DNA of 62,634 bases, the filler included, from Nemertoderma westbladi (taxonomy: Eukaryota; Animalia; Xenacoelomorpha), in the NCBI GenBank assembly GCA_032718475.1. It is 4 parts of 4 records of this genome, joined end to end, with 100 filler letters (N's around TTAATTAATTAA, not from the genome) between each part and the next. Parts side by side here need not be neighbours in the genome. Positions count along the whole stretch, not along the records: positions 21,019 to 51,403 come from JAUCBJ010001107.1; 3 more parts are not named here. One strand, written 5' to 3'. Numbering within the stretch: position 1 is the stretch's first letter; each line of letters begins with the position of its first letter. The notes beneath the pieces were generated by a model. The model did not search any database. It had not been told where the DNA came from and saw only the letters and a list, made by a program, of their open reading frames with translations. Shown here piece after piece: positions 40,301-51,503 of the stretch. The translations under genes were made by a program, and so were the position numbers.

Positions 40301-40645
40301 TATTTACCTGTTGACAATAAATATTTATTTACCTGGTGTCAATAAATATATATATTTAGCTTGAGACAATGAGTATATTTATTTACCTGTTGACAATAAA
40401 TATTTATTTACCTGGTGACAATAAATATATTTATTTACCTGTTGACAATAAATATTTATTTACCTGGTGACAATAAATATATTTATTTAGCTTGAGACAA
40501 TGAGTATATTTATTTACCTGTTGACAATAAATATTTATTTACCTGGTGACAATAAATATATATATTTAGCTTGAGACAATGAGTATATTTATTTACCTGT
40601 TGACAATAAATATTTATTTAGCTGGTGACAATGAATATTTATTTA
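34330..40645. repeat. ~27-bp AT-rich satellite (GGTGACAATAAATATATTTATTTACCT) with higher-order duplication
   Basis: Continuous tandem units. A variant block at ~34370-35100 recurs 4231 bp downstream. Interrupted at 37663-38348. Confidence 0.97.
37663..38348 (+). mobile_element. 5'-truncated L2/CR1-type LINE inserted in the satellite
   Basis: ORF2 end VWNALPPAIRESSNVGIFKKRLKTHLY*, 3' end AGCGCCTTAGAG..GGCGCTATATAAAT, (ATT)n tail, ttacaa at both junctions. Confidence 0.85.
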
Positions 40646-40670
40646 TAATAAAATGAATTAATATTTTCAG

Positions 40671-40802
40671 TCGCTGGACAATAATAATTTCGATCACTAC
40701 GCGGCGATATATCTGCTGTTGGTAGACCGTCTAAAGGAGCACAGGGACAAGGTTGCCATGGCGAGGAAACTAGGGGAACCAATAGGATCGCTATCCACCC
40801 AG
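40671..40802 (+). CDS. Internal exon of a salt-inducible kinase (SIK/AMPK-related) gene, UBA domain C-terminal half
   Basis: ttttcAG|132 nt|GTagg, phase 0. SLDNNNFDHYAAIYLLLVDRLKEHR resembles SIK1/2 [25 protein letters not shown] (recalled, not searched). Confidence 0.8.
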
Positions 40803-40845
40803 GTAGGAGAACCAAGGGGATTATTGTTGCTTTATCGAAAGCTAT

Positions 40846-42373
40846 CCAATAATATGTTAATAATAGTTAAGTTAAACTCTCCAATAATATGTTAATAATA
40901 GTTAAGTTAAACTCTCCAATAATACGTTAATAATAGTTAAGTTAAACTCTCCAATAATACGTAAATAATAGTTAAGTTAAACTCTCCAATAATACGTTAA
41001 TAATAGTTAAGTTAAACTCTCCAATAATACGTAAATAATAGTTAAGTTAAACTCTCCAATAATACGTAAATAATAGTTAAGTTAAACTCTCCAATAATAC
41101 GTTAATAATAGTTAAGTTAAACTCTCCAATAATACGTAAATAATAGTTAAGTTAAACTCTCCAATAATACGTTAATAATAGTTAAGTTAAACTCTCCAAT
41201 AATACGTAAATAATAGTTAAGTTAAACTCTCCAATAATACGTTAATAATAGTTAAGTTAAACTCTCCAATAATACGTAAATAATAGTTAAGTTAAACTCT
41301 CCAATAATACGTTAATAATAGTTAAGTTAAACTCTCCAATAATACGTAAATAATAGTTAAGTTAAACTCTCCAATAATACGTAAATAATAGTTAAGTTAA
41401 ACTCTCCAATAATACGTTAATAATAGTTAAGTTAAACTCTCCAATAATACGTTAATAATAGTTAAGTTAAACTCTCCAATAATACGTTAATAATAGTTAA
41501 GTTAAACTCTCCAATAATACGTTAATAATAGTTAATAATAGTTAAGTTAAACTCTCCAATAATACGTTAATAATAGTTAAGTTAAACTCTCCAATAATAC
41601 CTTAATAATAGTTAAGTTAAACTCTCCAATAATACGTTAATAATAGTTAAGTTAAACTCTCCAATAATACGTAAATAATAGTTAAGTTAAACTCTCCAAT
41701 AATACGTTAATAATAGTTAATAATAGTTAAGTTAAACTCTCCAATAATACGTTAATAATAGTTAATAATAGTTAAGTTAAACTCTCCAATAATACGTTAA
41801 TAATAGTTAATAATAGTTAAGTTAAACTCTCCAATAATACGTTAATAATAGTTAAGTTAAACTCTCCAATAATACGTAAATAATAGTTAAGTTAAACTCT
41901 CCAATAATACGTTAATAATAGTTAAGTTAAACTCTCCAATAATACGTAAATAATAGTTAAGTTAAACTCTCCAATAATACGTAAATAATAGTTAAGTTAA
42001 ACTCTCCAATAATACGTTAATAATAGTTAAGTTAAACTCTCCAATAATACGTAAATAATAGTTAAGTTAAACTCTCCAATAATACGTTAAATAATAGTTA
42101 AGTTAAACTCTCCAATAATACGTTAAATAATAGTTAAGTTAAACTCTCCAATAATACGTTAATAATAGTTAAGTTAAACTCTCCAATAATACGTTAATAA
42201 TAGTTAAGTTAAACTCTCCAATAATACGTTAATAATAGTTAATAATAGTTAAGTTAAACTCTCCAATAATACGTTAATAATAGTTAATAATAGTTAAGTT
42301 AAACTCTCCAATAATACGTTAATAATAGTTAAGTTAAACTCTCCAATAATACCTTAATAATAGTTAAGTTAAA
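40846..42373. repeat. 35-bp satellite (CCAATAATACGTTAATAATAGTTAAGTTAAACTCT), ~40+ copies
   Basis: Direct tandem units with occasional 10-bp slippage. Confidence 0.97.
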
Positions 42374-43035
42374 CTTAAGTTAAGTTTTAAATAATTCACT
42401 TAAAATTATTTAGATATTTGTCATCATTACTCTTTGCCGCACTTCCGCTTCGAACACAGTAAAAGTAATTTGTTATTTGATCTTATATCTATCTATAGTC
42501 ACGACGTTACACCATGACCTGGAATATAGTGTTGTTATTCGGTGAAATGGCCCGTCTCCGTCGATATGGCACCACCCGTACTGCAGTTATTCTTCAACCT
42601 TATAGTCCCAAGTACCCCGGTACTGGTAAACTGGACTGTTAATTATATAGCGTAATAATCCAACTATGAAATACTTCTCAGTATGATAGAGAAAATTTGA
42701 AAATTTAAAAAAATGTACAACATTTTTGCCAACTTCTCAAAAATCGCCAAGTTTGCGGAATTTCGCCCAATATTTGTTTGTAATTGGCGCCTTAACGTTG
42801 AAACGCTGCAAAGTAAATCAATTACATTAGCTGTTCAATTAAGCGTTCAGACCTCCGTTTAAGTTGATATAATAATACAATAGTATGAAAAGGGCACTAA
42901 TCAGCGTTAAAGACCATTGTGTATGTATACCTCACTCGCTTGGCTCTCTATACATAAATACACCCGCCCGTGATATAGATGAGAAGTTCTACTTTTCACA
43001 CAATGATGTAAATATTTCTCTGTTTATTCCCCCAG

Positions 43036-43233
43036 AGTGGATGCGCTTCGATCGGTCCCCAACACAGCTTCCCGGACTCCTCGATCGAGTCCACCACCTC
43101 ATCCGGCTACTCCTCGGGCTATTCATCCTCCTACGAACATCGATCCTCTTTGGTGGGCCCCCCTACTGGCAGACGGAGTCTACTGCTCTCTGGGGACAGT
43201 GGAGCGGAGGGGGCAGTAACCGACCATAGTGAG
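43036..43233 (+). CDS. Putative next exon of the SIK-like gene (Ser-rich)
   Basis: ccccAG|198 nt|GTgagg, phase 0, open: SGCASIGPQHSFPDSSIESTTSSGYSSGYSSSYEHR..AVTDHSE. GC-richer island. Confidence 0.65.
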
Positions 43234-43659
43234 GTGAGGTACAGCTGCAGTAGGCCTATCTACCACCATACTAGGCTGGCTAATAATTAATTATTGGACT
43301 GGCTTTTAGTTACGACGATTTTTAATGACGCCTAAACACAAAATTGCCACTCTCAGTGCTTTTATTGGGGCCAAAATTCCAACATTCAAGTACAATCCGG
43401 CTCCAGGTAGAGTTCCTGTTTGCCAAGGGACAAATGCCTGAATGGCGCCGGTCAGCCTAGCACGAGCCTGAAAAGGATTCGAGTTAGGGTGACACTAGGC
43501 AAAGCGCGGGAGAAAGGGACACCCGACCCCGAGCTAAGCCGCTTGACTTGCCTTAGGCAGCCTTATGCAGCATCACTGCTGCATTCTCTCGCAGACCGAC
43601 AGACACCAATTGACAGCCGAGCTGAGCCGGTCAGCGTATCACGAGCCTGAAAAGGATTC

Positions 43660-44042
43660 GGGGTACGGTGACTCTAGGCAAAGCAAGGGATAGACAATTT
43701 AGCAACGGACCACCGACGGATTGGGGGTACGGTGACTCTAGGCAAAGCAAGGGATAGACAATTTAGCAACGGACCACCGACGGATTCGGGGTACGGTGAC
43801 TCTAGGCAAAGCAAGGGATAGACAATTTAGCAACGGACCACCGACGGATTGGGGGTACGGTGACTCTAGGCAAAGCAAGGGATAGACAATTTAGCAACGG
43901 ACCACCGACGGATTGGGGGTACGGTGACTCTAGGCAAAGCAAGGGATAGACAATTTAGCAACGGACCACCGACGGATTGGGGGTACGGTGACTCTAGGCA
44001 AAGCAAGGGATAGACAATTTAGCAACGGACCACCGACGGATT
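43660..44042. repeat. 64-bp tandem repeat x6
   Basis: ggggtacggtgactctaggcaaagcaagggatagacaatttagcaacggaccaccgacggatt repeated. A diverged related unit sits at ~43447-43505. Confidence 0.95.
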
Positions 44043-44549
44043 TTCGACGGCCTAATGACAGACTTATCGACTTATGACAATGACAGACACAGACAGACCA
44101 GACAGACTGGTATCAAACGTAGTTCTGGGGAGTTAAAATTTAAATAAATAATTCTGACTGACCAAATAATTCGTAAATGTAGGCTTATATTACAGTATAA
44201 AAAACTCATTTGATTATTATTATTATATATATTTCATTTATATTGGCGTATTGGGGAGTCCCATATATTTGGAATCAGTGTGTATCAGCGCAAAGAGAAC
44301 TTGATCAGTTAGAATAAAAATGGATGATTCAACCCAACTTGTTCTTTTTCCTTTTCGACTGCATTACCAATCACTCCCTGATCCATATCCGGTGACTAGT
44401 ATTGTTGAGATCCACAACCCTCTCAAACTTACATCGGCGTTATTGAAATAACGGTTATAATAACGGATATCTTATAATAACGGAAATAACGGATGTTGTA
44501 TGTTATTTTACAGTATGTTGATGCCCCTGTTACAATTTGTATCTATTAA

Positions 44550-45982
44550 CCCTATTACCACTGGGGTGTTTTGACCATTAGCACCACTGGGGGGGGGGGG
44601 GGGGGGGCGATTCGGCCCACCCACTTTATTTTTGTAGTCGTCCAATGAAATTCTACAAAATTTGGGCTGTTGGTGAAACAACTATAGATGAACCCTACCA
44701 AACCTTAAAAAGTTAAAATTTCATAAGCAGGGACTCATAATTTTGATGAAAAATAAAAGTAGTCCCAGGACAAAATTTCAAAATTTTTCGTTTTCTAAAA
44801 ACTAATAGTGTGGCAGTGTTGGCTAGATTTAGTAGGTTTTTCAAGACGCTGAATCGAATGTGATTATATTCCACTTCCAAAAATTGAAGTGTATGCTATT
44901 TTTCTTGCACCTAAGTAGTGGGCGTGGCACTTCAAATTTTGAAAAATTAGATATTCAGAAAATGCCCCTAATTTTTTTATTTCAACGCATCTTTATGGGT
45001 TTTCTGGGCCACTGAATCGATTGAAAGTAATATAGAAGCCTGAAGACTGAGTGGTTCGCCATTTTTGGTGCACCAAAATTAGGGCGTGGCACTTCAAATT
45101 TTGAAAAATACGAGATTCGGAAAATAAACCAAAATTGAAATTTTAACGAATTTATATAGGTTTTCCAAACCGCTGAATCGATTGAAAGTAATATAGAAGC
45201 CTGAAGACTTAGAAGTTAGCCATTTTTTGAAATCAAAACTTTAGTGTTTTTTTCGAACAAAGTATTTTTGAAAATTTGAAGTGCCACGCCCTAATTTTGG
45301 TGCACCGAAAATTTCGTACACAAAGGATTTGAGGCTTCTATATTACTTTTAATCGATTCAGCGCTCCAGAAAACCTATAAAATTAATTTGAAATCAAAAC
45401 TTTAGTGAATTTTCCGAATCTCGTATTTTTTAAAATTTGAAGTGCCACGCCCTAATTTTGGTGCACCAAAAATGGCGAACCACTAAGTCTTCAGGCTTCT
45501 ATATTACTTTCAATCGATTCAGCGTTCCAGAAAACCTATAAAAATGCTTTGCAAATCAAAACTGTAGTGTATTTTCAGAATCTCGTATTTTTCAAAATTT
45601 AAAGTGCCACGCCCTAATTTTGGTGCTCCAAAAATGACGTACCACTACACTTACATACTTGTATAGAGCATTAGAGTGATCCAAACCAATAAAAATAAAT
45701 AATAATAGCCCAAACATAAATAATTACTAAATCACGAATGACTTTGTAAAATTAGAAAATTTCAAAAAATTTGGTGCTGGAGACCAAATTTTGAGGTGGC
45801 ACCCACATCGAAAAGTAGAAATCCAATTGCAACGGCGTTTTTTGCAAAAGATGCGGCATTAAATTTGGCTAATTCTCACAAAAAATTGGGCCGGTACGTA
45901 ATGTGGTTGCATAGTTACAGCAACTAAAAACTAGGAAGGGGCCGATTCGCCCCCCCCCCCCCCCCCCCCAGTGGTAATAGGG
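44550..45982. mobile_element. piggyBac-like non-autonomous element (MITE)
   Basis: TTAA|CCCTATTACCACTGGGG ... CCCCAGTGGTAATAGGG|TTAA. Internal ~165-bp subrepeats in opposing orientation. Confidence 0.88.
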
Positions 45983-46010
45983 TTAAGATATTATTGTTAA
46001 ATTATGCCAA

Positions 46011-47400
46011 GCAGCAGCTGGGTCTAGTGGTGACATTCCTGGGCTTCCAATTAGGGAGCCCTGGTTCGATCCCAAGATGGGGCAGCACTATTTGGGCACA
46101 GTGCTTTAAATGCTGCAGCCCAGCCCAGCCCAACCCCGGCTTTCATCCTTCAGTGGTCGATAAATGGGAACCAAGGCAACTTGGACAGAGTGGAAGGGTT
46201 TACTGTGGAAGATCACCCATGGTGGTGAACAGTAGGAAACAGAGTGGAAGGGTTTGCTGTGGAAGATCACCCATGGTGGTGAACAGGCATTCTTTTGGGA
46301 AACAGAGTGGAAGGGTTTACTGTGGAAGATCACCCATGGTGGTGGACAGGCATTCCTTTAGGAAACAGAGTGGAATGGTTTACTGTGGAAGATCACCCAT
46401 GGAGGTGAACAGGCATTCCTTTAGGAAACAGAGTGGAAGGGTTTACTGTGGAAGATCACCCATGGTGGTGAACAGGTATTCCTTTAGGAAACAGAGTGGA
46501 AGGGTTTACTGTGGAAGATCATCCATGGTGGTTAACAGGCATTCCTTTAGGAAACAGAGTGGAAGGGTTTACTGTGGAAGATCACCCATGGTGGTGAACA
46601 GGTATTCCTTAAGGAAACAGAGTGGAAAGGTTTACTGTGGAAGATTACCCATGATGGTGAACAGGTATTCCTTTAAGAAACAGAGTGGAAGGGTTTACTG
46701 TGGAAGATCACCCATGGTGGTGAACAGGCATTTCTGTTGGGAAACAGAGTGGAAGGGTTTGCTGTGGAAGATCACCCATGGTGGTGAACAGGTATTCCTT
46801 AAGGAAACAGAGTGGAAGGGTTTACTGTGGAAGATTACCCATGATGGTGAACAGGCATTCCTTTAGGAAACAGAGTGGAAGGGTTTACTGTGGAAGATCA
46901 CCCATGGTGGTGAACAGGTATTCCTTAAGGAAACAGAGTGGAAAGGTTTACTGTGGAAGATTACCCATGATGGTGAACAGGTATTCCTTTAAGAAACAGA
47001 GTGGAAGGGTTTACTGTGGAAGATCACCCATGGTGGTGAACAGGCATTCCTTTGGGAAACAGAGTGGAAGGGTTTGCTGTGGAAGATCACCCATGGTGGT
47101 GAACAGGTATTCCTTAAGGAAACAGAGTGGAAGGGTTTACTGTGGAAGATTACCCATGATGGTGAACAGGCATTCCTTTAGGAAACAGAGTGGAAGGGTT
47201 TGCTGTGGAAGATCACCCATGGTGGTGAACAGGTATTCCTTTAGGAAATAGAGTGGAAAGGTTTACTGTGGAAGATTACCCATGATGGTGAACAGGCATT
47301 CCTTTGGGAAACAGAGTGGAAGGGTTTGCTGTGGAAGATCACCCATGGTGGTGAACAGGTATTCCTTGGCTTAACGAGCCTAAATGATTCTCCCATTCAG
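46011..47400 (+). mobile_element. tRNA(Gly)-derived SINE with an internally amplified 63-bp array
   Basis: A box TGGGTCTAGTGG, CTTCCAA loop, B box GGTTCGATCCC, then CTTTCATCCTTCAGTGGTCGATAAATGGGAACCA (RTE-5'/Ceph-like SINE body, recalled). Confidence 0.75.
46184..47367. repeat. 63-bp tandem repeat, ~19 copies
   Basis: ggaaacagagtggaagggtttactgtggaagatcacccatggtggtgaacaggcattccttta units. Confidence 0.97.
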
Positions 47401-48959
47401 ATGCGTATCAAGCCTTTGCCTTCAATGGTGCCCTAGGCGCTATAGCCCTCAATGACTTATTTAGTTGACTCCAACCCACTCTTGATCAACTAAATAATGA
47501 ATAGGCTATGCTTATCGGGCCTGCCCTACTGGGCTGACAGCTACAGGTAGTACCACATTACTGCCGTAGTGGTAGCAGGATCTGGGGACTGATCTGACTA
47601 TATTTTCCTTTCCCCGTATGCCCTTTTCTTATTTTTATTGTATTGTTCTAAAAAACCTCACTGCCATAATATATTACCTCTTTCTATGTATCTGTTTGTA
47701 AATAATTTAAATTTTTTAATGGTTTTTTTACAATATGACATTATTCGGTAAATATTTTTATTTTTATTTAAATAAGCCACTGCCATTTCAATATTTTTAT
47801 TTCCCTCTAAATGCTTGGTTCCTACTGTTTGATACTAGTGTAAATAATTATTATATTTGTATTGTATGTATTATATTCAGCAGGTATGTATTATTATTGT
47901 ATGTATGTATTATATTTGTATTTGTGTGATATTCCTCTTTAATTTATCATCTACTCCCGATATGATATCTACTGTATTTATTATTTATTTTTATCTGAAA
48001 AATCCGATTTTTATTACTAATATATTTTTAAAAAAATTTCAATTATCAGACAAAAACGGACAGACATACTAATACTAAATACTTATATTAATTTAATTTT
48101 TATTTTACTCATAGGCTTATTACAACAATAAGATTTTAATCACATAGCGAAGACCCCCGCGGAAACGAGACGCAGTCTCATGGGGCTATCCTCGACCGAC
48201 AAATCATTTTTATTCAATGTTTTAGAGACCCCGTGCAACTATACGTATATTCTATGCCCATCGTATTTTCAGTTCAGAAACATATTAAAATATATTTCCT
48301 TTTGTATAAACATACAGTACAGTCATTTCTATCCTATTTTAAATTGGGCCATTTCATTTTCAGTCACATATTTCAATATTTTATATAAATATACAATACA
48401 GTACAGTAGGGCCTGGCCTACAGATGCTTAATGAACAATTAATATATATCAGTATATCTGATTGAAGGTCTTTGCATTGGCTTGTCGGTACTTTTGTTGT
48501 TCTGTTAACTATTTTATTATGTTATCCTGTTAACTATTTTATTATGTTATCGTCAATGTTCATATTTTAATTGCGTAAACTTTAGCTGATTTGTCGTCTA
48601 ATAAAAAATTCCGATTCCAATTCCAATTCCATTGTAAATATTTGGTCGTGATGGTAGTTTGTCTACAAGGTTATTGGTAAAGTTCATATCATTGGCAATT
48701 ACTTCATGGTCTGTTGCCAAAGAACCATCTTCAGTTTTGATGGCTGCTATTTTGGTGGTTTTCGCTGCTATTGGTCAGATTTAACAGAGTATTTAACACC
48801 CCTTAGAATAACAATCTTAGACCTTGATTATTAGGGGCCAAGGCCAAGACGGGGTCTAGTATTTAATGCGCAGCATCTGAAAGGTACCCTACATTTTTAA
48901 ATTGTGAATTATGTTTTAATTTTAACTAAATTATATTTTAATACTGTTTTATTTGATTA

Positions 48960-49001
48960 TACCGCTGAAGACGCCCGCGAGGGTGAAATTGCCATACGGT
49001 A
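48960..49001 (+). ncRNA. Minimal hammerhead ribozyme in a solo/remnant PLE pseudo-LTR (related subfamily)
   Basis: TACCG CTGAAGA C GCCC GCGA GGGT GAAA TTGCCA TA CGGTA. Same stem I and architecture as the PLE copies, GNRA loop II. Confidence 0.78.
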
Positions 49002-49141
49002 AATAATTAATTTTCGTTTTCTTATATCAACGTCGAGCCTTGCCTTCATTAACCCTGTAAGACGATTTGATTTAGGTCATCAGCATGATACAATAAATTA
49101 TTTATCCTATTTAATATTTAGCCAATTGTTTCTACTTTTAG

Positions 49142-49435
49142 GACACCGACTCCGCATTTGATTCCCAACCTACGGCAACTCCGACCGGAGTGCGACCCCG
49201 TCCGCGGTGCCACGGCGTCTCGGCGTACCGGTCCACAGACACCTCTGGTACATCGATGGATTCCTCGATGAGCGAGTTGGAGGCTCGCTCGGAGGGTGGT
49301 GGGGAACCCGCTCCGGTCGCCATCGGAGTCGCTCCCGGGGCCATACGTGGTCTCAGTGTTCGCCCCTTCGATGTGGAACTCGGTCTACAACGGATTCTAC
49401 AGCTGAGCGGATCGTCAGACTGCCCTATGAGTCCG
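49142..49435 (+). CDS. Putative third exon of the SIK-like gene
   Basis: ttttAG|294 nt|GTatgt, phase 0, open: DTDSAFDSQPTATPTG..LQLSGSSDCPMSP. Splices in frame to the 43036 exon. Confidence 0.6.
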
Positions 49436-49734
49436 GTATGTATCCATAACACCAATTGGGGTACTTCTATTACATCATATGCCATCATAGGTGACAATTT
49501 TTTCTCACTGATGGCAGAGCCGGGTTTTTTAATTTCTGAGCCTATTTCTATACAACAAGCCGTTAAATATCGTCGTCTATTTAGCAATGTTTAACCAGTT
49601 TTTCGTCTTTGGAATGAAATCTACATTTCATTAGAACCGCCTTCATCTTCAGATTCAGAATCAGAAAACCGATTTAAATTTCACCAATAATTTAAATCGT
49701 TGCAACCAAGGTCATTCGAGGTCATATCTTATAT

Positions 49735-49900
49735 TATTATCATGATGAGAAATCTCATTTGGGTTGCGAGAAGGTATCAGACGACATTTTGTCACGTTTT
49801 TTTTGGATAGGTTTAAGAGACGACGTTAAAAAGTACATCAAAGTTTGTGATAGTTGTCAACGTCGAAAGGGATCACCCTCCTGGCAGCCATTGTCACCTT
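49735..49900 (+). mobile_element. LTR-retrotransposon integrase HHCC fragment
   Basis: HDEKSHLGCEKV..RFFWIGLRDDVKKYIKVCDSCQRRK..PLSPL. Confidence 0.75.
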
Positions 49901-51403
49901 TAAATAAATTGGAGATGAGCTGTTGCAACTGTAATTAAAGGTGTAATATTATGGGTTTGTTCAGAAGTGGAAAAAATGGGAGCGCGTCACCGGGGGTTGA
50001 ACCAGCGCTATACGCACGTTTCGGCCTAACAGGCCTCATCAGTAGCGCTAACCAGCTCAGCCACTAGCCCCTGACACTCGCAGTCCCACCTAATCCACTT
50101 CTATTGAACGGGCAGTCTTAAGTTGCAAGTATTCTATCTCTAACAGCGGACCTAACGGCCTCAAGTATGCTAGAGTGAAACAGGAGGGAAGTACAAATAA
50201 ATAAATATTCAGCTCGGTATTGCTGCCAGGTGATATTAATTAAATAAATTGGAGATGAGCTGTTGCAACTGTAATTAAAGGTGTAATATTATGGGTTTGT
50301 TCAGAAGTGGAAAAAATGGGAGCGCGTCACCGGGGGTTGAACCAGCGCTATACGCACGTTTCGGCCTAACAGGCCTCATCAGTAGCGCTAACCAGCTCAG
50401 CCACTAGCCCCTGACACTCGCAGTCCCACCTAATCCACTTCTATTGAACGGGCAGTCTTAAGTTGCAAGTATTCTATCTCTAACAGCGGACCTAACGGCC
50501 TCAAGTATGCTAGAGTGAAACAGGAGGGAAGTACAAATAAATAAATATTCAGCTCGGTATTGCTGCCAGGTGATATTAATTAAATAAATTGGAGATGAGC
50601 TGTTGCAACTGTAATTAAAGGTGTAATATTATGGGTTTGTTCAGAAGTGGAAAAAATGGGAGCGCGTCACCGGGGGTTGAACCAGCGCTATACGCACGTT
50701 TCGGCCTAACAGGCCTCATCAGTAGCGCTAACCAGCTCAGCCACTAGCCCCTGACACTCGCAGTCCCACCTAATCCACTTCTATTGAACGGGCAGTCTTA
50801 AGTTGCAAGTATTCTATCTCTAACAGCGGACCTAACGGCCTCAAGTATGCTAGAGTGAAACAGGAGGGAAGTACAAATAAATAAATATTCAGCTCGGTAT
50901 TGCTGCCAGGTGATATTAATTAAATAAATTGGAGATGAGCTGTTGCAACTGTAATTAAAGGTGTAATATTATGGGTTTGTTCAGAAGTGGAAAAAATGGG
51001 AGCGCGTCACCGGGGGTTGAACCAGCGCTATACGCACGTTTCGGCCTAACAGGCCTCATCAGTAGCGCTAACCAGCTCAGCCACTAGCCCCTGACACTCG
51101 CAGTCCCACCTAATCCACTTCTATTGAACGGGCAGTCTTAAGTTGCAAGTATTCTATCTCTAACAGCGGACCTAACGGCCTCAAGTATGCTAGAGTGAAA
51201 CAGGAGGGAAGTACAAATAAATAAATATTCAGCTCGGTATTGCTGCCAGGTGATATTAATTAAATAAATTGGAGATGAGCTGTTGCAACTGTAATTAAAG
51301 GTGTAATATTATGGGTTTGTTCAGAAGTGGAAAAAATGGGAGCGCGTCACCGGGGGTTGAACCAGCGCTATACGCACGTTTCGGCCTAACAGGCCTCATC
51401 AGT
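49901..51403 (-). mobile_element. Tandem 340-bp hammerhead-containing repeat (non-LTR retrozyme), >=4.4 copies, running into the gap
   Basis: Apparently identical units start at 49901, 50241, 50581, 50921 and 51261. Each carries a canonical hammerhead on the minus strand. Confidence 0.92.
50004..50049 (-). ncRNA. Type I hammerhead ribozyme (also at +340, +680, +1020, partial +1360)
   Basis: Minus strand AGCGCTA CTGATGA GGCC TGTTA GGCC GAAA CGTGCG TA TAGCGCT: perfect core, stems I-III, GUA cleavage between 50011 and 50010. Confidence 0.93.
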
Positions 51404-51503
51404 NNNNNNNNNNNNNNNNNNNNNNNNNNNNNNNNNNNNNNNNNNNNTTAATTAATTAANNNNNNNNNNNNNNNNNNNNNNNNNNNNNNNNNNNNNNNNN
51501 NNN
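51404..51503. other. Artificial contig linker
   Basis: N/TTAATTAATTAA/N block. Confidence 0.97.

Noticed and set aside
46011-46085. Functional tRNA-Gly gene
   Set aside because: Acceptor and T stems pair poorly, and the sequence continues into a SINE body rather than a terminator.
45994-47251. Repetitive 290- and 157-aa ORFs
   Set aside because: Read-through of the 63-bp array inside a SINE, with no coding evidence.
34330-47367. Tandem arrays (27, 35, 63, 64 bp) as CRISPR arrays
   Set aside because: There are no unique spacers, no cas genes, and the context is eukaryotic.
49872-49892. Inverted copy of the retrozyme end (atcacc..ctggcagc) at the junction
   Set aside because: The match is short, gapped and lies within in-frame integrase codons, so it is plausibly chance.
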